Of a stretch of 64,000 nucleotides of DNA, positions 59,101 through 64,000 are shown piece after piece. The stretch covers positions 7,719 through 71,718 of IMG/VR virus record IMGVR_UViG_3300021963_000100, one strand, 5' to 3'. The notes under the pieces were generated by a model. It was not told the origin of the DNA, searched no databases, and saw only the letters and a list, made by a program, of their open reading frames with translations. This stretch comes from a virus. Position 1 is the stretch's first letter; each line of letters starts with the position of its first letter. Position numbers and translations under genes: made by a program.

Positions 59101-62100
59101 TACTTCTGGTACAAATGGCACATCGGGATTGAGTTCAACATCAGGGTCTAATGGAACAAGTGGATCAGCTGGTACTGCTGGTACAAATGGTACTTCAGGA
59201 ATTTCAAGTACATCAGGAACATCTGGAACAAATGGTACATCTGGTATATCTGGTATAGCTGGAACAAGCGGTAATTCATCAACTTCAGGTACATCAGGTT
59301 CTGCTGGTACTTCTGGAACACATGGAACAAGTGGTGTTGCTGGAACAAGTGGTTTATCTAATACATCAGGTTCAAACGGAACATCAGGATCTGCGGGAAC
59401 AAGTGGAACAAACGGAACATCAGGTGTTTCATCAACTTCAGGTTCAAACGGAACATCTGGTTCTGCGGGAACTTCAGGAACAAATGGTACTTCGGGTGTT
59501 GCTGGAACATCTGGTTTATCTAATACATCGGGAACAAGTGGTTCTGCGGGAACTTCAGGAACAAATGGTACCTCAGGATTGAGTTCAACATCAGGTTCAA
59601 ATGGAACTTCTGGTTCTGCGGGAACATCGGGTACAAACGGAACAAGTGGTGTTTCTTCAACTTCGGGTACATCAGGCACAAACGGAACTTCAGGTATCTC
59701 TGGAGTTGCTGGAACATCTGGTTTATCGGCAACGTCTGGAACATCGGGTTCTGCGGGAACTTCTGGTACATCAGGTGTAGCTGGAACAAGTGGCGTTTCT
59801 AATACATCAGGAACAAGTGGTTCTGCGGGAACTTCAGGAACAAATGGAACAAGTGGTATTTCATCAACTTCAGGTTCAAATGGAACAAGTGGTTCTGCGG
59901 GAACAAGTGGAACAAATGGTACTTCAGGTGCATCATCAACTTCAGGGACAAGTGGTTCAAATGGAACAAGTGGTATATCTGGCATTGCTGGAACAAGTGG
60001 CGTTTCTAGTACATCGGGAACATCGGGTTCTGCTGGAACAAGTGGAACACATGGAACAAGTGGTATAGCTGGAACAAGCGGTTTATCATCAACTTCAGGA
60101 ACTAGTGGGTCAGCTGGAACTTCAGGTTCTGCTGGTACAAGTGGGACAAACGGTACTTCGGGAATAAGCTCAACTTCAGGTTCAAATGGAACTTCTGGTT
60201 CTTCAGGAACTTCTGGTACTAATGGTACAAGTGGTGCATCAGGAACTGCTGGTACATCGGGATTAAGTTCAACTTCAGGAACTTCTGGTTCATCAGGTAC
60301 CTCTGGTATATCTGGTATAGCGGGAACTTCTGGTTTATCTAATACATCAGGAACATCAGGTTCAGCTGGAACTGCGGGAACAAGTGGTATCTCGGGAACT
60401 GCGGGAACAAGTGGCGCTTCTTCAACTTCTGGTACATCAGGTTCTGCGGGAACTTCTGGTACTTCAGGTGTAGCTGGAACTTCTGGTTTATCTAATACAT
60501 CAGGAACAAGTGGTTCTGCGGGAACTTCTGGTACAAGTGGTATCTCGGGAACTGCTGGTACATCGGGATTAAGTAATACAGCTGGTACATCAGGAACTTC
60601 AGGAACAAGTGGTAGAACTGGAACTGCGGGAACAAGTGGGTTATCCGCAACCTCAGGAACATCAGGTTCTGAAGGCACTTCTGGTAGAAACGGTACGGCT
60701 GGTACAAGTGGTGTAAGTGCAACAAGTGGAACTTCTGGTTCTGAAGGTACTTCAGGTAGAAACGGTACGGCTGGTACAAGTGGTGTAAGTGCAACAAGTG
60801 GAACTTCTGGTTCTAACGGTACTTCGGGTGTAGCTGGTATAGCTGGAACTTCTGGTTTGTCTAATACATCTGGAACAAGTGGTACAAACGGCACTTCAGG
60901 TATATCTGGTATTGCTGGTACTTCAGGATTAAGTTCAACAAGTGGTACTTCTGGTTCTTCAGGAACTGCGGGAACATCTGGTATCTCAGGAACAGCTGGA
61001 ACTTCAGGAATAAGTTCAACTTCAGGAACATCTGGTTCTGCTGGAACATCAGGTACTAATGGTACTTCGGGTACGAGTGGTGTATCAGGAACAGCTGGTA
61101 CTTCAGGTGTATCATCAACTTCAGGAACTTCTGGTTCTTCAGGGACAGCTGGTACTTCAGGTGTTGCTGGAACAAGCGGTTTATCTAATACATCGGGAAC
61201 TTCTGGTTCTGCGGGAACAAATGGAACAAGTGGTATAGCGGGTACATCTGGTATATCTAATACAGCTGGTACTTCTGGTACAAATGGTACTTCGGGTGTA
61301 GCTGGAACTTCTGGTATATCTAATACAGCTGGAACATCTGGTTCTGCTGGTACAAATGGTACTTCAGGTGTAGCTGGAACTTCAGGAATAAGCGCAACAA
61401 GTGGAACATCTGGTTCTGCTGGAACAAGCGGTACATCGGGTATATCTGGTACAGCGGGTACATCTGGAATAAGTTCAACAAGTGGTACTTCTGGATCAAA
61501 TGGTACATCTGGTATATCTGGTATTGCTGGTACTTCAGGATTAAGTTCAACAAGTGGTACTTCTGGTTCTTCAGGAACTGCGGGAACAAGTGGTGTTGCT
61601 GGTACTTCGGGATTATCAAATACTTCAGGAACAAGTGGTACTTCAGGAACAAGCGGTAGAACTGGAACTGCGGGAACAAGTGGTGTTGCTAACACCGCTG
61701 GTACTTCTGGTGCTGATGGAACAAGTGGTAGAAATGGTACGGCTGGTACAAGTGGTTTATCCGCAACCTCAGGAACATCAGGTTCTGAAGGTACTTCAGG
61801 TAGAAACGGTACGGCTGGTACATCAGGAATTTCATCGACTTCAGGTACAAGTGGTATTGATGGAACATCTGGTAGAAGCACAACAGCTGGTACTTCAGGA
61901 ATAAGTTCGACAAGTGGAACAAGTGGTATTGATGGAACATCAGGTAGAAGTACAACTGCGGGAACAAGTGGTATTTCAAGTACGTCAGGAACTTCTGGTT
62001 CTTCAGGAACTGCGGGTACATCTGGTATCTCAGGAACTGCGGGTACATCAGGTATAAGCTCAACTTCAGGAACAAGTGGTTCTGCTGGTACATCGGGAAC

Positions 62101-63964
62101 AAGTGGTGTGGCTGGTACATCAGGTATAAGCTCAACTTCAGGAACAAGTGGTTCTGCTGGTACTTCGGGAACATCTGGTATAGCTGGAACTTCTGGTTTG
62201 TCTAACACATCAGGTACGTCAGGTTCTTCAGGAACAAGTGGTAGAACTGGAACTGCGGGAACATCTGGTGTTGCTAACACTGCTGGTACTTCTGGTGCAG
62301 ATGGTACTTCTGGTAGAAATGGTACTGCGGGAACATCTGGTATAAATGCAACAAGTGGTACTTCTGGTGCGGATGGTACTTCTGGTAGAAGTGCTACCGC
62401 TGGAACTTCAGGGATAAGCGCAACTTCAGGAACATCAGGTTCTGCTGGTACTTCAGGTACGAGTGGTATCTCAGGAACTGCGGGTACTTCAGGAACAAAT
62501 CAAACTGCTGGTACCTCTGGTGCTAACGGAACATCTGGTATCTCAGGAATAGCTGGTACATCAGGAACAAATCAAACTGCTGGAACAAGTGGTGCTAACG
62601 GAACTTCAGGTATCTCAGGAATAGCTGGTACATCTGGTATCTCAGGAACTGCTGGTACTTCAGGAACAAATCAAACTGCTGGAACAAGTGGTGCTAACGG
62701 AACATCTGGTAGAAGCGCTACAGCTGGTACATCTGGTATTTCAAGTACATCTGGTACATCTGGTATTGATGGTACATCAGGTAGAAGTACAACTGCGGGA
62801 ACAAGTGGTATTTCAAGTACGTCAGGAACATCTGGTTCTGCTGGTACTTCTGGTAATAATAACACATCAGGATTAAGTGGTGCGTCTGCAACATCTGGTA
62901 CATCAGGTACGGCTGGTACATCTGGGACATCTGGGACATCTGGGATATCTGGTAATCTTGGTACATCTGGTACGTATGTTAGTGTTAATGGTGTAAATGG
63001 TTTAACTGGTGGTGGTGCACTATCATCAAGCCAAACAATATCTGTGGATACCGCCTCATTAAGCGGAACAGCAACAACCACATTACCTTTTGCTTTCTGG
63101 GATAACACAACTAAAAGGTTTGGTGATCCACTTGGTGGGGCTTACGGTGGAACTAATTATTTTTACTTTGATGCTGTAGCTAGACAAACGAAAGCTGTGG
63201 TTGGTGGTGGTACTGCGACAGTTTTGCTGGCTTTGGATGCGAATAATGTGGTAATTAGAACTGGATTAACTGGTGGTACAAATGGTACATCAGGTGTAAG
63301 TGGTGCAAACGGAACTGCTGGAACAAGTGGTGTGAGTGGTGCTGCTGGAACTGCTGGAACAAGTGGTACTTCAGGTAGAGCTGGTACATCGGGTGTGAGT
63401 GGTGCAAACGGAACTGCTGGAACAAGTGGTGTGAGTGGTGCTGCTGGAACTGCTGGAACAAGTGGTACTTCATCTGGTGGTGGTGCTGGATTGAATCCAA
63501 CGGCAAATTATTTACCATATAACAATGCTGGAGCTAGCTTCCAGGATTCAACAGTCTGGATGGATGCGGGTAATTTACATGCTGATACTGATATCTATGC
63601 AAACGGTAATATAATCGCATACTACTCAGATGAGAGATTGAAAAAGGATTTTGAAAGCATTTCAGACGCCTTGAATAAAGTTAAATCATTAAGAGCTGTA
63701 ACATACTATCAAAATGAGGTTGCAGATAAATTCTTTGGTACCAATGTAGATAAACAAGTTGGTGTTATTGCTCAGGATATACAAAAAGTATTACCAGAAG
63801 CCGTTAAACCAGCTCCATTTGATACAATTAAGGATGTTGATGGTAACTCAATCAGTAAATCGGGTGAAAACTACTTAACTGTTCAATATGAAAAGATAGT
63901 GCCATTATTAGTTGCGGCTATTAATGAACTAAATGAGGAAATAGCTAGATTAAAACAAAAATAA
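53186..63964 (+). CDS. giant Gly-Thr-Ser repeat tail fibre with C-terminal peptidase S74 intramolecular chaperone
   Basis: 3592 aa; YSDERLKKD...ALNKVKSL...VGVIAQDIQKVLPEAV...VQYEKIVPLLVAAINEL; late motif at 53149. Confidence 0.9.
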   Translation: MANEHILRHGLTVSGDTVVVGTFKIDGVASTTGKGKFLVVDDSGNVSYQLGTTSGSAGSSGTSGSVGTSGTSGESGTAGTSGTNSTSGTSGRSNTSGTSGTAGTSGESGTNGTAGTTGTAGTSGKDGVSGTSGTSGTSGTSGRSGESGSAGTSGSAGTSGTNGTSGLSSTSGSAGTSGTAGTSGKDGVSGTSGTSGSAGTSGTNGTSGLSSTSGTSGSAGTSGTNGTSGIAGTSGSNGTSGSAGTSGTNGTSGISSTSGSNGTSGSAGTSGTNGTSGTSSTSGSNGTSGSAGTSGTSGVAGTSGLSNTSGTSGSNGTSGTNGTSGISSTSGSNGTSGSAGTSGTAGTSGISSTSGTSGSAGTSGTNGTSGVSSTSGSAGTSGSSGTNGTSGLSSTSGTSGSAGTSGTNGTSGNSSTSGSAGTSGTNGTSGISSTSGSNGTSGSAGTSGTNGTSGIAGTSGTSGSNGTSGSAGTSGTNGTSGVSSTSGSNGTSGSAGTSGTNGTSGVSSTSGTSGSAGTSGTNGTSGVSSTSGTSGSAGTSGTHGTSGLSSTSGTSGSAGTSGTHGTSGISSTSGSNGTSGSAGTSGTNGTSGVSNTSGTSGSAGTSGTAGTSGISSTSGSNGTSGSAGTSGTNGTSGIAGTSGLSNTSGTSGSAGTSGTNGTSGLSNTSGTSGSAGTSGTNGTSGISSTSGSAGTSGSAGTSGTNGTSGVAGTSGISNTSGTSGSAGTSGTNGTSGLSNTSGTSGSAGTSGTHGTSGLSSTSGSNGTSGSAGTSGTNGTSGIAGTSGLSNTSGTSGSAGTSGTNGTSGISSTSGSNGTSGSAGTSGTNGTSGISSTSGSNGTSGSAGTSGTNGTSGVAGTSGVSNTSGTSGSAGTSGSNGTSGVAGTSGVSNTSGTSGSAGTSGTAGTSGLSSTSGTSGSNGTSGSAGTSGTNGTSGVSSTSGSNGTSGSAGTSGTNGTSGIAGTSGLSNTSGTSGSAGTSGTNGTSGIAGTSGNSSTSGTSGSAGTSGTHGTSGISSTSGSNGTSGSAGTSGTNGTSGIAGTSGLSNTSGTSGSAGTNGTSGIAGTSGVSSTSGTSGSAGTSGTNGTSGVSSTSGSNGTSGSAGTSGTVGTSGVSSTSGSNGTSGSAGTSGTNGTSGVSNTSGTSGSAGTSGTNGTSGTSGNSSTSGTSGSAGTSGTHGTSGVAGTSGISSTSGTSGSAGTSGTNGTSGVAGTSGVSNTSGTSGSAGTSGTNGTSGVSSTSGSNGTSGSAGTSGTNGTSGTSGVSSTSGSNGTSGSAGTSGTNGTSGVSSTSGSNGTSGSAGTSGTNGTSGIAGTSGLSNTSGSSGTSGTNGTSGVSSTSGSNGTSGSAGTSGTNGTSGVSSTSGSAGTSGSAGTSGTSGVAGTSGNSSTSGSAGTSGTNGTSGLSSTSGSNGTSGSAGTSGSAGTSGTAGTSGTNGTSGISSTSGSNGTSGSAGTSGTNGTSGIAGTSGISSTSGTSGSAGTSGVAGTSGISNTSGSAGTSGTNGTSGVSSTSGSNGTSGSAGTSGTNGTSGVAGTSGNSSTSGTSGSAGTSGTNGTSGVAGTSGNSSTSGTSGSSGTSGTHGTSGLSSTSGSNGTSGSAGTSGTNGTSGISSTSGSNGTSGSAGTSGTNGTSGVSSTSGSNGTSGSAGTSGTAGTSGVAGTSGLSNTSGSNGTSGSAGTSGTNGTSGISSTSGSNGTSGSAGTSGTSGTNGTSGVSSTSGSNGTSGSAGTSGTNGTSGIAGTSGISSTSGTSGSAGTSGTHGTSGLSSTSGTSGSAGTSGTNGTSGISSTSGSSGTSGSAGTSGTNGTSGIAGTSGISSTSGTSGSAGTSGTNGTSGVSSTSGSNGTSGSAGTSGTNGTSGISSTSGTSGSNGTSGTSGVAGTSGISSTSGTSGSNGTSGTNGTSGISSTSGSNGTSGSAGTSGTAGTSGNSSTSGTSGSAGTSGTHGTSGVAGTSGISSTSGTSGSAGTSGTNGTSGLSSTSGSNGTSGSAGTAGTNGTSGISSTSGTSGTNGTSGISGIAGTSGNSSTSGTSGSAGTSGTHGTSGVAGTSGLSNTSGSNGTSGSAGTSGTNGTSGVSSTSGSNGTSGSAGTSGTNGTSGVAGTSGLSNTSGTSGSAGTSGTNGTSGLSSTSGSNGTSGSAGTSGTNGTSGVSSTSGTSGTNGTSGISGVAGTSGLSATSGTSGSAGTSGTSGVAGTSGVSNTSGTSGSAGTSGTNGTSGISSTSGSNGTSGSAGTSGTNGTSGASSTSGTSGSNGTSGISGIAGTSGVSSTSGTSGSAGTSGTHGTSGIAGTSGLSSTSGTSGSAGTSGSAGTSGTNGTSGISSTSGSNGTSGSSGTSGTNGTSGASGTAGTSGLSSTSGTSGSSGTSGISGIAGTSGLSNTSGTSGSAGTAGTSGISGTAGTSGASSTSGTSGSAGTSGTSGVAGTSGLSNTSGTSGSAGTSGTSGISGTAGTSGLSNTAGTSGTSGTSGRTGTAGTSGLSATSGTSGSEGTSGRNGTAGTSGVSATSGTSGSEGTSGRNGTAGTSGVSATSGTSGSNGTSGVAGIAGTSGLSNTSGTSGTNGTSGISGIAGTSGLSSTSGTSGSSGTAGTSGISGTAGTSGISSTSGTSGSAGTSGTNGTSGTSGVSGTAGTSGVSSTSGTSGSSGTAGTSGVAGTSGLSNTSGTSGSAGTNGTSGIAGTSGISNTAGTSGTNGTSGVAGTSGISNTAGTSGSAGTNGTSGVAGTSGISATSGTSGSAGTSGTSGISGTAGTSGISSTSGTSGSNGTSGISGIAGTSGLSSTSGTSGSSGTAGTSGVAGTSGLSNTSGTSGTSGTSGRTGTAGTSGVANTAGTSGADGTSGRNGTAGTSGLSATSGTSGSEGTSGRNGTAGTSGISSTSGTSGIDGTSGRSTTAGTSGISSTSGTSGIDGTSGRSTTAGTSGISSTSGTSGSSGTAGTSGISGTAGTSGISSTSGTSGSAGTSGTSGVAGTSGISSTSGTSGSAGTSGTSGIAGTSGLSNTSGTSGSSGTSGRTGTAGTSGVANTAGTSGADGTSGRNGTAGTSGINATSGTSGADGTSGRSATAGTSGISATSGTSGSAGTSGTSGISGTAGTSGTNQTAGTSGANGTSGISGIAGTSGTNQTAGTSGANGTSGISGIAGTSGISGTAGTSGTNQTAGTSGANGTSGRSATAGTSGISSTSGTSGIDGTSGRSTTAGTSGISSTSGTSGSAGTSGNNNTSGLSGASATSGTSGTAGTSGTSGTSGISGNLGTSGTYVSVNGVNGLTGGGALSSSQTISVDTASLSGTATTTLPFAFWDNTTKRFGDPLGGAYGGTNYFYFDAVARQTKAVVGGGTATVLLALDANNVVIRTGLTGGTNGTSGVSGANGTAGTSGVSGAAGTAGTSGTSGRAGTSGVSGANGTAGTSGVSGAAGTAGTSGTSSGGGAGLNPTANYLPYNNAGASFQDSTVWMDAGNLHADTDIYANGNIIAYYSDERLKKDFESISDALNKVKSLRAVTYYQNEVADKFFGTNVDKQVGVIAQDIQKVLPEAVKPAPFDTIKDVDGNSISKSGENYLTVQYEKIVPLLVAAINELNEEIARLKQK
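53335..62975 (+). repeat. 9-bp-period coding repeat ([15 protein letters not shown])
   Basis: Continuous triplet periodicity; a further short block with a tandem duplication at about 63280-63475. Confidence 0.97.
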
Positions 63965-64000
63965 TCAACTATTATCGATTTAAACGTAAAGAAGCTCAGA

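Noticed and set aside
47516-62280. Long minus-strand ORFs (635 aa, 2468 aa, PDVPEVP...) and many alternate-frame ORFs in the fibre genes
   Set aside because: Shadows of the G-T-S codon pattern, which rarely creates stops in those frames; no promoter motif and no non-repeat domain
42616-62975. InaZ-type ice-nucleation protein or DGR target
   Set aside because: Period is 3 aa, not the 8/16/48-aa AGYGSTxT repeat; no reverse transcriptase or adenine-specific TR/VR pair was seen
1-64000. Stop-codon reassignment
   Set aside because: Genes are intact and densely packed under the standard code, with TAA dominant and TGA/TAG used as stops

Overview
AT-rich segment of a large (jumbo-like) tailed dsDNA phage, most probably infecting a Bacteroidota host: TTTG-N19/20-TAnnTTTG promoters, no Shine-Dalgarno, A-rich leaders, and signal peptides cleaved before Gln. 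There are three zones. (1) 1-6.75 kb is an array of about 18 small early genes, almost each built as a promoter-leader-gene-terminator cassette. One cassette carries a probable structured RNA instead of an ORF. This zone is nearly free of GATC and ends at a boundary element with DnaA boxes, C-tracts and direct repeats. (2) 7.1-41.5 kb mixes host-sigma-driven genes (UvrD-like helicase, dNMP kinase, ClpC, YopX, KTSC, GT2) with many genes behind a TATTTAT(A) motif, a putative late promoter. The latter include a two-component-type module (sensor kinase, YceI, stand-alone receiver, membrane coiled-coil protein) and four paralogous virion proteins. They also include unrelated proteins (Nudix, GNAT, ADP-ribosyltransferase-like and others) that share a terminal LNEE/QIxRMxxI/LM peptide. 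(3) 41.6-64 kb holds two giant Gly-Thr-Ser triplet-repeat fibre genes (3852 and 3592 aa); the second ends in a peptidase S74 chaperone domain. No tRNA, rRNA, CRISPR array or IS element was recognised. All calls come from motif reading by eye, without database searches.
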